Positions 18,660-28,228 of a stretch of DNA of 64,000 bases are shown piece after piece. The notes below the pieces were generated by a model that saw nothing but the letters and a program-made list of their open reading frames with translations, was not told the origin of the DNA and made no database searches. The position numbers and the translations under genes are program-made. Source of the DNA: Rhodopirellula sp. (GTDB taxonomy: Bacteria > Planctomycetota > Planctomycetia > Pirellulales > Pirellulaceae); assembly GCA_003513555.1 (NCBI GenBank), contig DOPG01000032.1, forward strand, positions 18,009 through 82,008, written 5' to 3'. The stretch's first letter is position 1, and each line of letters begins with the position of its first letter.

Positions 18660-20492
18660 CTATTTTTCAAACGAACCCAACTTTTCCGCCGCACCAAGAC
18701 GTCGAAACAGCAGCAGTCGCATATCAGCCACCTCCTCCCCAGCGACCTCACGGGCCCGCAAGGTCAGTGTTGCCCTGCCCGGGGCGAGTTGCACAACGCC
18801 CAGCGTCATCGGCTGCCAATCACGCACATAACCCTCAATACGTTTAAACCGATCCTCTGCGGCCCCAATCAAAGGAACCTCATTGGCCACTTCAATCGTT
18901 TTCTCGATTTTTTCATCACCAATCGAAAGCTCGATTTTCGATCCGATATCGTGTTGCTTGCAGGCGTAATACATCTGAACCTCGTACTTCCCACGACTCA
19001 AAACCTCCACATCCCAGGTAATCGAATCCTCCAAAGTTCTCCAATTCGTCATGAAAGTGCAGTTTGGAAAACGATTACTGCGTCGAACACCGCCATGAGC
19101 GTGAGCATCTCGGGAGGGCAATTGAGTGTATTCTGCATCTGGATGAGCCAAAGTGATGGGCCGGGTCTCTGGATCCCGACTGGACTTCAGCGAGGTTTCA
19201 GCCAGCCAGCTATCTAACTGTTTCTTCAGTCTTTTTACGACCTGTGGCTTTTTTTCTGTCAAATCACTCTTCTCGCGAGGATCGTTGATGATGTCATACA
19301 GACCCCCACCCATTTGAAGGCGGTATTGGTCATCACGAGCAGTTGCCTTTTTGTTCCATGTGCTGAACATCACGCGAGATTCCCAATCGTCTCCGCCACC
19401 GGTCAACAAAGGCTTGATAGATTTACCATCGAGAGGCTTGGGGGGATCAAAGTCGATTCCTGCAAAGTCTGCAAGAGTCGGTAATAAATCAATTGCACCC
19501 GCAATCCGATTTACCTTGGTCCCCGCGGAAATACAGCGTGGATATCGCACCAGACAAGGCGATCGCAATCCACCTTCGTTGGTCGAGCCTTTACGCCCAC
19601 GCATTCCTGCATTGAAACGTGCACCGTTGGGTCCATTGTCTGAAAAGTAGATCACGATGGTGTCCTCACCGGCCCCAATCGAATCAAGATGCTGGAGCAA
19701 CCGTCCCACATTGGCATCGATATTTTCACACATCGCCAAGGCAGCGCGCGTGTGTGTCAGCTTTTCGTTCCTTGCATTCGCTGCTTCAGGATCCGGCACA
19801 ATCTCTTTGTCAGCAAATTTTCGCCAATACTGATCTGGCACCTGCATGGGTGAGTGCGGGGTATTCAGAGCAAGGTAAACAAAGAAAGGTTGTTCGCGAT
19901 GCGAATCAATGAATTGGATCGTGCGATTGGTTAAATCATCAACAATGAAACCGTCACCTTTCACAAGACGACCATTATGTTCCAGCATGGGTGAGAAATA
20001 GTTGCCCCAATGCCCACTACAAAACCCATAATAGTCATCAAAGCCGCGAGCATTGGGATGGTAGGGGTACTGCATTCCACTATGCCACTTTCCATAACAT
20101 CCGGTTGCATAACCGCCTTTTCGAAAAACCTCAGCTATTGTCTGCTCGTCAGAATTGAATCTTTCACCACCAGCCGATGTGCTGTAAACACCTGACCGGT
20201 TGTGGTATCTGCCTGTAAGAAACTCTGCTCTGGTGGGTGAACACACGGCACAAACATAGAAGCGATCAATCTCGGCACCATCACGTGCCATGGCATCGAT
20301 ATTAGGCGTGTTAAGATTGGGATTTCCATGCAGGCTGAGGTCCCCCCAACCCTGATCGTCAGTCAATATCACAACCACATTAGGTCGCTTGACTCCGTCA
20401 TCCGACAAACACCTATCGGATGACAGTAGCATGCCTGCAAGAGTTACAAGCAGAGCAACGGAGAATTTTTTCCGGACAGGGATCAACAACAT
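18660..20492 (-). CDS. Arylsulfatase-family protein (formylglycine-dependent) with a C-terminal beta-sandwich-like extension
   Basis: 610 aa. It has a signal peptide, PNVVVILTDDQGWGDL, and the FGly motif CSPTRAEFLTGRY. An extra ~130-aa C-terminal domain is present. Confidence 0.9.
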   Translation of the reverse strand: MLLIPVRKKFSVALLVTLAGMLLSSDRCLSDDGVKRPNVVVILTDDQGWGDLSLHGNPNLNTPNIDAMARDGAEIDRFYVCAVCSPTRAEFLTGRYHNRSGVYSTSAGGERFNSDEQTIAEVFRKGGYATGCYGKWHSGMQYPYHPNARGFDDYYGFCSGHWGNYFSPMLEHNGRLVKGDGFIVDDLTNRTIQFIDSHREQPFFVYLALNTPHSPMQVPDQYWRKFADKEIVPDPEAANARNEKLTHTRAALAMCENIDANVGRLLQHLDSIGAGEDTIVIYFSDNGPNGARFNAGMRGRKGSTNEGGLRSPCLVRYPRCISAGTKVNRIAGAIDLLPTLADFAGIDFDPPKPLDGKSIKPLLTGGGDDWESRVMFSTWNKKATARDDQYRLQMGGGLYDIINDPREKSDLTEKKPQVVKRLKKQLDSWLAETSLKSSRDPETRPITLAHPDAEYTQLPSRDAHAHGGVRRSNRFPNCTFMTNWRTLEDSITWDVEVLSRGKYEVQMYYACKQHDIGSKIELSIGDEKIEKTIEVANEVPLIGAAEDRFKRIEGYVRDWQPMTLGVVQLAPGRATLTLRAREVAGEEVADMRLLLFRRLGAAEKLGSFEK

Positions 20493-20629
20493 TTTTCATT
20501 CTTTCTCGGGGACATTCACGTGTTACTCACAGCCTAATTTGGGTAAGTCGCTCAAGCAACGCGACTGATTCTCTGAAAGCACTCGCTTCACGGCAATCTA
20601 CTGTCAAACTTGCCTTTATACTGTGACAC

Positions 20630-22300
20630 ATGGAGAAAACGCCCGAAGACAAACACAGCATTCCAAACAGGCCAGATACCTCTAATGAGGTAGCTCCGGC
20701 TTCACACAAAGACATGTCTCAAGACCACCAGCAGGTACTTGAAACTGTCATGGCTGAATATCTCGAAAAGCTTGATTCAGGCAAAACTCCTGACCCAGCG
20801 GCTTATCTTGAAGCATATCCACAGCATGCAGACGAACTTTCTACGTTTTTCCGAAATCACCATTGGCTAGGGGCGAATTCGCCCCCCGATGCACCATCTC
20901 TCTTAGGTGCAAAGATTGGGCCCTATCAGATCGAAAGGGAAATAGCGCGAGGTGGAATGGGAGTCGTGTATCAGGCGCATCAGGAAGGGCTCGACCGAAG
21001 GGTTGCCTTAAAGCTGATCAGTGGTGGTGTGCTTGCAGGTAAAGAAGAGCGTAGTCGTTTCCGATTAGAGGCAGAAGCAGCGGCACGGCTTGATCATCCC
21101 GGCATCATCTCAATTTTTGATATCGGCTCGTGGCGCGGCTATGAATATTTTTCGATGGCATTCATCGATGGCCCTACGCTTCAGAGACACGTCGATGCAC
21201 GTGATTTAAGTTACGAGCAAATAGCGAACGTGCTGCGCGATGTTGCGAATGCGGTTCACTATGCACACCGTTCGGGAATCATCCATCGCGACCTGAAGCC
21301 CGACAATATTTTAATCAATGCTGATGGCTATCCCCTGGTCGCTGACTTCGGTTTGGCAAAAACACATCGTGGTGGCAGTATCCTGACTCAAACGGGGCAG
21401 ATTCTGGGTACACCGCACTACATGAGCCCGGAACAAGCAAGTGGAGATCGTGGCTCCGATACCTCCTCCGACATCTACTCCCTCGGTGCTATTCTGTACG
21501 CGATGCTGACGGGACAACCACCCCATGAAGGCGAATCCGCCGCACAAATTCTCCGAAGTCTCGCGGAAAATGAACCTTCAACACCACGACAAATACGCAA
21601 AGATGTCCCCCCAGACCTTGAGAACATCTGCTTGAGGGCAATGCGACCTGAACCGGTCGCCCGTTATGAAACAGCAGAAGACATCGCAAGTGATCTTGAA
21701 CGTTACCTTTCCGGTGAGCCAATCCAGGCTGGAAGTAGCGGTTTACTGGACCGTATGGCACGTGAGTTTCGGCGAGATCAGCACCAGACGTCTTTCAAGA
21801 GCTGGGATCGGGCTTTGGAGAGTATCGGTTTCATTGTTTTCATAGCCCATTTGCTGATGTACGGATGGCAGTGGTTATCTGATACACCAAACAATTGGGT
21901 TGCCTATTGGCCCGCACGGGCCGTGATGTTATGTGCTATTTTCTTTGTCATTTACCGGGCACGCGACGGTGCGATGCTGCCCAGCAGCGTAGCAGAACGT
22001 CCCGTCTGGTCCATCTGGATTGCCTATCTCGTCACGCTCGCGGTACTGAATTTGATCACCATTGCCAGTGGTGACGAACAAGACAATTTATTCCAAACTG
22101 CAGCGGCACTGAGTGGTTTCGCATTTATCGCCATGTCAGGCCACATCTGGGGTGGCGCGGCCCCCTTGGGCTTGGGGTTTCTCGCAGTTGCCGCAGCCTG
22201 TGCTCTGGCCCCATCAGTCTCACCGCTATTGATGGGAACCATGTGGCTGCTCAGCATGCTGATACTTGCCCGCCATTACCGCTGTAAATCAGCAAACTAA
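20630..22300 (+). CDS. Membrane-anchored Ser/Thr protein kinase
   Basis: 556 aa. It has RGGMGVVY, VALKLI, HRDLKPDNIL, ADFGLAK and HYMSPEQ. The C-terminal ~170 aa contain about five hydrophobic segments. Confidence 0.9.
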   Translation: MEKTPEDKHSIPNRPDTSNEVAPASHKDMSQDHQQVLETVMAEYLEKLDSGKTPDPAAYLEAYPQHADELSTFFRNHHWLGANSPPDAPSLLGAKIGPYQIEREIARGGMGVVYQAHQEGLDRRVALKLISGGVLAGKEERSRFRLEAEAAARLDHPGIISIFDIGSWRGYEYFSMAFIDGPTLQRHVDARDLSYEQIANVLRDVANAVHYAHRSGIIHRDLKPDNILINADGYPLVADFGLAKTHRGGSILTQTGQILGTPHYMSPEQASGDRGSDTSSDIYSLGAILYAMLTGQPPHEGESAAQILRSLAENEPSTPRQIRKDVPPDLENICLRAMRPEPVARYETAEDIASDLERYLSGEPIQAGSSGLLDRMAREFRRDQHQTSFKSWDRALESIGFIVFIAHLLMYGWQWLSDTPNNWVAYWPARAVMLCAIFFVIYRARDGAMLPSSVAERPVWSIWIAYLVTLAVLNLITIASGDEQDNLFQTAAALSGFAFIAMSGHIWGGAAPLGLGFLAVAAACALAPSVSPLLMGTMWLLSMLILARHYRCKSAN

Positions 22301-22470
22301 GCGTGTATTGACTCCGTAGGAACCCTAAGTGCTTGCAAAAGCAGTGGGTCATCCAAGCTTCGGAACTTGCCTCTGTATTTCAAACGTTTGCCGGGTGAAA
22401 CCCTGACAAATCATGCGTACAATGAGTGCTTCCTTCCATCAATCATTTCAGCCCCGAGGTAGCCGCCACG

Positions 22471-23478
22471 ATGCGTGACCCCCACTCAATCAATCGACGT
22501 GTCTTTCTTGAATCCACCACTGCAGCGGCAATCGCTACTGGCTCGGTTCTCACATCTGGCTTACAGGTTTCCGCAGCCGACACCGCAACAAGTGCTGAAT
22601 CGGTCGTGGGCACGCTGTACTCAACGCTCAACGACAAACAGAAAAAATCGATCTGCTTTGACTGGAATCACCAGGATGACAAACGAGGCTTGCTGAGAAC
22701 TTTCGTAGCCAATAATTGGAATATCACCAAGCCGGAAATCAATGATGATTTCTATACCGATGAACAACGTGAGTTGATCACGAAAATTTTCGAGTCCATC
22801 GTGCACCCTGCATGGCACGAACGTTATTACCAGCAACTGGAGGACGATGCAGGTGGATTCGGCAATGAGCAGTCGATTGCGATCTTTGGGAAACCGGGCG
22901 AAGGCAAATTCGAACTCGTTTTGACGGGTCGCCACATGACCTTGAGGTGTGATGGAAATTCAGCAGATCACGTTGCTTTTGGTGGACCAATTTTCTACGG
23001 TCATGCACCTGAATTCAATGAGAATCCCAAGCACACTGACAATGTCTTCTGGAGTCAAGCGGTCGAAGCCAACAAGCTTTATCAAATGCTCGGAGGTCAA
23101 CAACAGAAACAGGCGCAAGTCGCCAAGACACCCAGAGAACAAGCCGTTGCCTTCCGCGGTGATAAAGGAGGCATGACAGGCCTTCCCGTCACCGACATGA
23201 GCTCTGATCAAAAGGAGCATTTGCAGAAAGTACTTGGTACGCTTACGGAAATGTATCGCACCAGCGATCAGCAAGAGGCGATGCAATGCCTCGCGAAACA
23301 AGGCGGCCTTGATGCCTGCACCCTCTCGTTTTACACCGACAAAGATCTAGGCAAGGACAAGGTGTGGGATAACTGGCGACTAGAAGGACCATCGTTTGTA
23401 TGGCACTATCGCGGTGCACCTCACGTGCACGTTTGGGTTAATGTCGCCGATTCAGCCGACGTGAAAACCAACGCTTGA
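22471..23478 (+). CDS. Tat-exported DUF3500-like protein
   Basis: The ORF is open from 22426. The ATG at 22471 gives MRDPHSINRRVFLESTTAAAIATG, a twin-arginine leader. Size and blocks (FGNEQSIAIFGKPGEGKFELVLTGRHMTLRCDG, GPSFVWHYRG.PHVH) resemble the DUF3500 family as I remember it. Confidence 0.6.
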   Translation: MRDPHSINRRVFLESTTAAAIATGSVLTSGLQVSAADTATSAESVVGTLYSTLNDKQKKSICFDWNHQDDKRGLLRTFVANNWNITKPEINDDFYTDEQRELITKIFESIVHPAWHERYYQQLEDDAGGFGNEQSIAIFGKPGEGKFELVLTGRHMTLRCDGNSADHVAFGGPIFYGHAPEFNENPKHTDNVFWSQAVEANKLYQMLGGQQQKQAQVAKTPREQAVAFRGDKGGMTGLPVTDMSSDQKEHLQKVLGTLTEMYRTSDQQEAMQCLAKQGGLDACTLSFYTDKDLGKDKVWDNWRLEGPSFVWHYRGAPHVHVWVNVADSADVKTNA

Positions 23479-23505
23479 TATCTTCAATCAACTTTTTTGA
23501 GTCAC

Positions 23506-23537
23506 AACAAGGGATTGGCCTCGGCCAATCCCTTGTT
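23506..23537 (+). terminator. Perfect 15-nt inverted repeat (hairpin) downstream of the DUF3500-like gene
   Basis: AACAAGGGATTGGCC-tc-GGCCAATCCCTTGTT lies 28 nt after the stop codon. No U-tract follows, so terminator function is only plausible. Confidence 0.45.
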
Positions 23538-23758
23538 CATTATCATCCAATTTTTCTACTCCATCGGCTGAAACAAAACATACGTGCTGTGGATAGGCCG
23601 GTTCTGCCGGAACATCACTTCCCGAGCTGACTTCGCACCCCAACAACCACTACACATGAAAGCAAAGAAGATTCAAGCAATTTTGCATCTTGCCTCCATG
23701 TGATACTCTTGGTGATGCTAGTGAGAGTTCAACCCACCCTTCTTGAAGAGATCACACG

Positions 23759-24136
23759 ATGCGAGGATTCGCTTACGTCATTGCTGTTTTGGCTGCCATC
23801 GGAATCATGATTGGCATTGTGTCCTATCCCAATCAAAGTAAGCCAACGAGCGATCGCTCTGCAGCGACACCTGCCACTGCTGCCGTAATGACGGAACCCG
23901 GTACATTGAAAATTGCTGTACCCACCATGCATTGTGAAGTGGCCTGCTTTCCAAGGGTGAAGACAACACTGGAAGGCAATGATGGTGTCCAGTCGGTTGA
24001 ATTAGCAACTCAGAAAGAAGAGGGCGTACTGGATAATCGCCAAGTGATCGTGAACTATGACAATGGATTCAATCTGAATGCGGCGTTGGCCGCATTGGTG
24101 GAGGAAGGATTTCCAAATTCTGTTGTCGTGGAGTGA
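23759..24136 (+). CDS. Membrane-anchored heavy-metal-associated (HMA)-like protein with a non-canonical CxxxC site
   Basis: 125 aa. It has an N-terminal TM helix (FAYVIAVLAAIGIMIGIV), then LKIAVPTMHCEVACFPRVKTTLEG..GVQSVEL, which has the ferredoxin-like HMA layout but with M-H-C-E-V-A-C instead of M-x-C-x-x-C. Confidence 0.5.
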   Translation: MRGFAYVIAVLAAIGIMIGIVSYPNQSKPTSDRSAATPATAAVMTEPGTLKIAVPTMHCEVACFPRVKTTLEGNDGVQSVELATQKEEGVLDNRQVIVNYDNGFNLNAALAALVEEGFPNSVVVE

Positions 24137-24192
24137 CTTGTCACAGCAGACGGTTGTAGCCCCTACTCATTCAACCCATGGAATGAAACCAA

Positions 24193-24942
24193 ATGGACAA
24201 AACCGGTATCTTGCTGGTTGGGCATGGAACACGTAACGCTGATGGTACCCGCCAGTTTTTTGAGTTGGAAAGACACTTAAGCGACTTGGTTAGCCCCACG
24301 CCAGTTACCGCTGGCTTGCTGGAGTTCCAAAGCCCGTCCATTCCGGAGGCATGGAACACACTTTTATCCCAAGGAGTGACTCATATCCATGTTGCACCGT
24401 TGTTGTTGTTTGCGGCCGGCCATGCCAAACAGGACATCCCTGACATCCTGGCGGAATGCCAAGCCCGAAGCCGTCAAGTGATGTTTGACCAATCGCGTCC
24501 GCTCTCACGGCATTCAGCGATCATCGATCTGGCGATCCAACGATTGAATACAGCGTTGGCTTCCTGTCAACATTCACCCGAACGCACAGCCGTCATCATG
24601 GTGGGTCGTGGCAGTCACGACCCATGTGCCAAAGCCGATATGCTGGTCCTCAGCGAGATCATCAGCCATCGGTCGTTTGTGTCAGAAGTAATCACAACGT
24701 TCTACGCAATGACGGAACCACGCTTACCAGACACACTTCAGGCAGCAGCCGTCAGTGGCCGCTTTGATACTATCGTGGTCCAGCCACACTTGCTCTTTGA
24801 AGGACGACTTTATCAGGCGATTTTGGATCAAACAAAGGAAGCCGCAGAGAGGCACCCAGCTCTGCAGTGGATCACTTCTGGCTACCTTGGCCCTGATCCT
24901 TTACTTGCTGAGGCAATAGCCAACAGGACGGGAATGCATTGA
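24193..24942 (+). CDS. cbiX: Sirohydrochlorin chelatase (CbiX family, two-domain long form)
   Basis: 249 aa. It has ILLVGHGTRNADG, the APLLLFAAGHAKQDIP block, and a second-half repeat VIMVGRGSHDP....QPHLLFEG. Confidence 0.8.
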   Translation: MDKTGILLVGHGTRNADGTRQFFELERHLSDLVSPTPVTAGLLEFQSPSIPEAWNTLLSQGVTHIHVAPLLLFAAGHAKQDIPDILAECQARSRQVMFDQSRPLSRHSAIIDLAIQRLNTALASCQHSPERTAVIMVGRGSHDPCAKADMLVLSEIISHRSFVSEVITTFYAMTEPRLPDTLQAAAVSGRFDTIVVQPHLLFEGRLYQAILDQTKEAAERHPALQWITSGYLGPDPLLAEAIANRTGMH

Positions 24943-24979
24943 GCACTAGCTGTGATGCAAATGGCCGTGATGCAAATAC

Positions 24980-27706
24980 TCAATCACGCAACAGATGGAT
25001 AATCGCGTCGGCAATCACTCGATCGTCAAACTGAGTGACAGATACGTTAGCGCCTCGAAACCACTTCATTGCTGGGGCAGTGTAATCCGCAGGTGCTGTC
25101 GGACTCGCTACTGGCCCATTCCACGCCGTGCTCAGCCATTGTCCACGCTGCTCGGACCACTCGTACTGTCCACCGAGACTACACTGCACATCAGCACCAA
25201 GAATGCTTTTTACGGTCAACAACACCTCATCCGGATTCAACTGAAACTGGCGTGTAATTGAATCAAGGAATTGCGCCGTGGCGACGCTGCTGACCCGGGC
25301 TCTTGCGTACAACTGTGCATTTGCCCAGCTTTCCAACTGACTGCCATTCAAATCACCAATATTGGCACGAATCTGCGCCGGATTTGGCGCTTCCGTGGCT
25401 GCCAAGAAAGGCAAACTTTGAGTGATTACCTCAGGCTGAAAAGAAAGGATGCTGAACTTGCCATCAGTAAAACGAAACAGCCCACCCAGAAGGCGACTCA
25501 TACCGGGGCCCACGGGTTGGCCACGTCCTAAACCAAGGGGGAGACGATCGAGTGCACTTGGCTGAGGCCAAGCGCCGAGGTATCCCGGTAATTGCCGCAA
25601 GGAAAGATAGGCTTTGATGATGCCCTCAAACTGTTCAGGCGTGGGAGGCACCGTATCCTTGATCGCTACAAATAAATGAGTAGGTGGGCCAAGTTGCTGC
25701 GAAGCAACATGTGCTTGTAGTGAAATGATGTCATCAGGTGCGAACTGCATTGCAACCTGAGTAGGCGGCCCGAGTTGCTGGGCATATTTTCCGTACTTAC
25801 CAGGATCAAATGGCGCAATTTCGGCATGGATCGCCAAGCGTTCACGCTTCGAATCAGGAGCAGGATCATCACGATGGATGCCGACCATGATCGGGTCCAT
25901 CGTTGCGAATCGGTTGGTGTATTCCATTGCTATCTGGCTGTACCAAGCAAACTCCTCAGGAGTTACTGATGTAATTTCAACATCAGCGATTGGAAGAAAA
26001 CTGCCTCGGGCACCTCGTTTTGTATCGATTGAAGTGTTATCCAATTCAAACACGCCACTACCATCTGACCGAACACCAAAGTTAGGTGGCAGCATTCCTG
26101 TGGCAACCAATTGGTCAATGCCAAAATCGCTCGGAGGCAAATTTGCCTCCATGGCGCCCGTCATTCTGGCGAGTTGGAGAAGAGAAATATCAGCCTTGGC
26201 AAACATCCGACGACGCAACTCAATCAAATATTTTGGCGAGACCAACCCGCGAAGCATTGCTGGAGAAAAATAGGCAAAAATGGTGTCATCACGTTCAAGC
26301 GGCATCAACTTTCTGGCAAGCATGAATTCGGGCGTTGCTGCAAGCGAGTTCCCCGACTGAGCAACCGCAAGGAATTGCTCAGTCAGCTTGCGACTATTGC
26401 TGATAAAAATGTAGTTGCCATCCTGCGTAAAAAATGAGCGAATGCGGTTGTCTGCGGTACTAAGCAAACTGACTTGCCGGTCGTTAATTTCAAAATTTTC
26501 CAACGTGACCGTCGTATCCTCCCGTGCAAGCTTAGTGCGATCATTTTTGATTGACGTGGTGAGCAGGAATGCATTTCTGGATTTGATCAACACCCCCATA
26601 CTTGCCCCATCGGTCAGGAAGAGATCTCTTCCAATCAGCGCTTGATCCTCGATCACAGTACCACCCAACATTCGGGACAACTGTGTCATTTTCATGTTCA
26701 GCTGTGTTTCAAGTCGTTCCGCACTATCATTCACAAGACCTCTCAGCGTGATCATTCGCGTGATGTCGCCGCCATGCTCATTTGTCAAATCCTGAAACCA
26801 CAAGTAGTTTTGGAAAGAGCCATACCGAATGTAAAAGCAGTCAGGCGGAACCTTTGTGGCGATTGGCTCAACAACCGCATTTTTGACACCCGGGGGAACA
26901 ATTTCAGAAATCCAACGCGGCGGTGCAGGAAGAGGCTCAGTCGCCGATTGTGGTGGTCTTGCTTCAACCGCAGCCTCTGCAAACATCGACTCACCAACAC
27001 CAGCAGCACCGCCGATCAATTTCAACGTGCTCAATAACTGGTCTTCTTCCTGCCTTGACTCGTTGTACCATTTGGGCAGAGGTAAGCCTGTGCGTCTGGC
27101 TAACATTGCGATCAGATACAACTGCACCGCAGCCGGTTGCTCGGACGCCGCGACGAGTGCTTGTGCCTCGTCTGTGTAGCCTGTCCACCATGTCTTGAGG
27201 ACGCTCGCGTGAACGGCCTGATCCTGCTGTGGAATGATAGAATAATTACCGATCACGCCGCGTTCATCGCTGACGGTTACCGTCAATGGCTCGGCACCCA
27301 CAAACAGAAATGAAACCCGACGAGCCACCGTCTGACTCAATTGTTCATCACCACTGGCAAGCTCACGAATTAAACTGCCCACCCGATTCAAAAGTCGACC
27401 TCCACCAGCTTGAGGAACTGGTCGATCAGAAGGGCGTCCTGTCGTAACCAGATCGTTCGAGACAGGATACAAGACTCGCCCATCCCCACCACTTACTCTG
27501 AGTGCAGGAAAAACGCGACCGAACATGGCGTCGTCGAGAGGCATTTCAATCGTCGCCGCCCCAAACGGCTCGCCGACTGCAGCTGTAATAAAAACATCCT
27601 CCGCTTTCACGCACGTTGCACATGTCAGAAACATGACGACAAGCGAAAAAAAATTGAATGAGGACTGCTCGAATCGGCCACGGAATCGTTGAAAGAAAAT
27701 TCGCAT
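24980..27706 (-). CDS. Large secreted hypothetical protein (908 aa)
   Basis: This is a long uninterrupted ORF with an N-terminal hydrophobic leader (FFSLVVMFLTCATCVKA). Amino-acid usage is coding-like and I recognise no motif. Confidence 0.75.
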   Translation of the reverse strand: MRIFFQRFRGRFEQSSFNFFSLVVMFLTCATCVKAEDVFITAAVGEPFGAATIEMPLDDAMFGRVFPALRVSGGDGRVLYPVSNDLVTTGRPSDRPVPQAGGGRLLNRVGSLIRELASGDEQLSQTVARRVSFLFVGAEPLTVTVSDERGVIGNYSIIPQQDQAVHASVLKTWWTGYTDEAQALVAASEQPAAVQLYLIAMLARRTGLPLPKWYNESRQEEDQLLSTLKLIGGAAGVGESMFAEAAVEARPPQSATEPLPAPPRWISEIVPPGVKNAVVEPIATKVPPDCFYIRYGSFQNYLWFQDLTNEHGGDITRMITLRGLVNDSAERLETQLNMKMTQLSRMLGGTVIEDQALIGRDLFLTDGASMGVLIKSRNAFLLTTSIKNDRTKLAREDTTVTLENFEINDRQVSLLSTADNRIRSFFTQDGNYIFISNSRKLTEQFLAVAQSGNSLAATPEFMLARKLMPLERDDTIFAYFSPAMLRGLVSPKYLIELRRRMFAKADISLLQLARMTGAMEANLPPSDFGIDQLVATGMLPPNFGVRSDGSGVFELDNTSIDTKRGARGSFLPIADVEITSVTPEEFAWYSQIAMEYTNRFATMDPIMVGIHRDDPAPDSKRERLAIHAEIAPFDPGKYGKYAQQLGPPTQVAMQFAPDDIISLQAHVASQQLGPPTHLFVAIKDTVPPTPEQFEGIIKAYLSLRQLPGYLGAWPQPSALDRLPLGLGRGQPVGPGMSRLLGGLFRFTDGKFSILSFQPEVITQSLPFLAATEAPNPAQIRANIGDLNGSQLESWANAQLYARARVSSVATAQFLDSITRQFQLNPDEVLLTVKSILGADVQCSLGGQYEWSEQRGQWLSTAWNGPVASPTAPADYTAPAMKWFRGANVSVTQFDDRVIADAIIHLLRD

Positions 27707-28228
27707 ATCGATTTACAATTTGAGGGTAATCGCCCGGGCAGCGGTGTTGAAATAGGTTTGCGTAAACTGTTTTCAGAAGACCGCTTCAGAAGGCTCCGAA
27801 CACTTCAAAAAAACCTTCGTTATGTCCCGCCTCATGCCCAAGGGCGTCAGTTGGCCAGCATGACAGATTCCGCTGTTTTCGTTGCGGGGTCATTGTTGCA
27901 GAAAATGTTGCAAAAACTACCAGCACCCAAAGCTACTAGCTGTGAACCAGCAGCCAGCTTCCTGCATCATTGCCTTCAGACCATTGAAGCCAAAGTTCAA
28001 TTTGGATGAACCTGACCAAACGCTAACTTCTGTTCAGTGCCCGCACGTGACTTGGTGTCAAAATTGATCGCGGATGCCAAATGATGGAAAACCCCCAGCA
28101 GCGAGCGTTCTCAGGTTTCTCGCTGAGCGGGGTCGTCATTCTCCGCGTCTCTGGGATAATAAGCGTCAGACTGAACGCACGATCCGCGTGCATTATTAAG
28201 AATCCGAAGCAATTGGGACAATCGATCC

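Noticed and set aside
23538-23758. Cobalamin riboswitch upstream of the HMA-like and cbiX genes; TPP riboswitch upstream of the thiF-like gene (46855..46901)
   Set aside because: No B12-box (GCCACTG-like) or TPP (CUGAGA ... ACCUGA) core was seen. The thiF upstream gap is only 47 nt.
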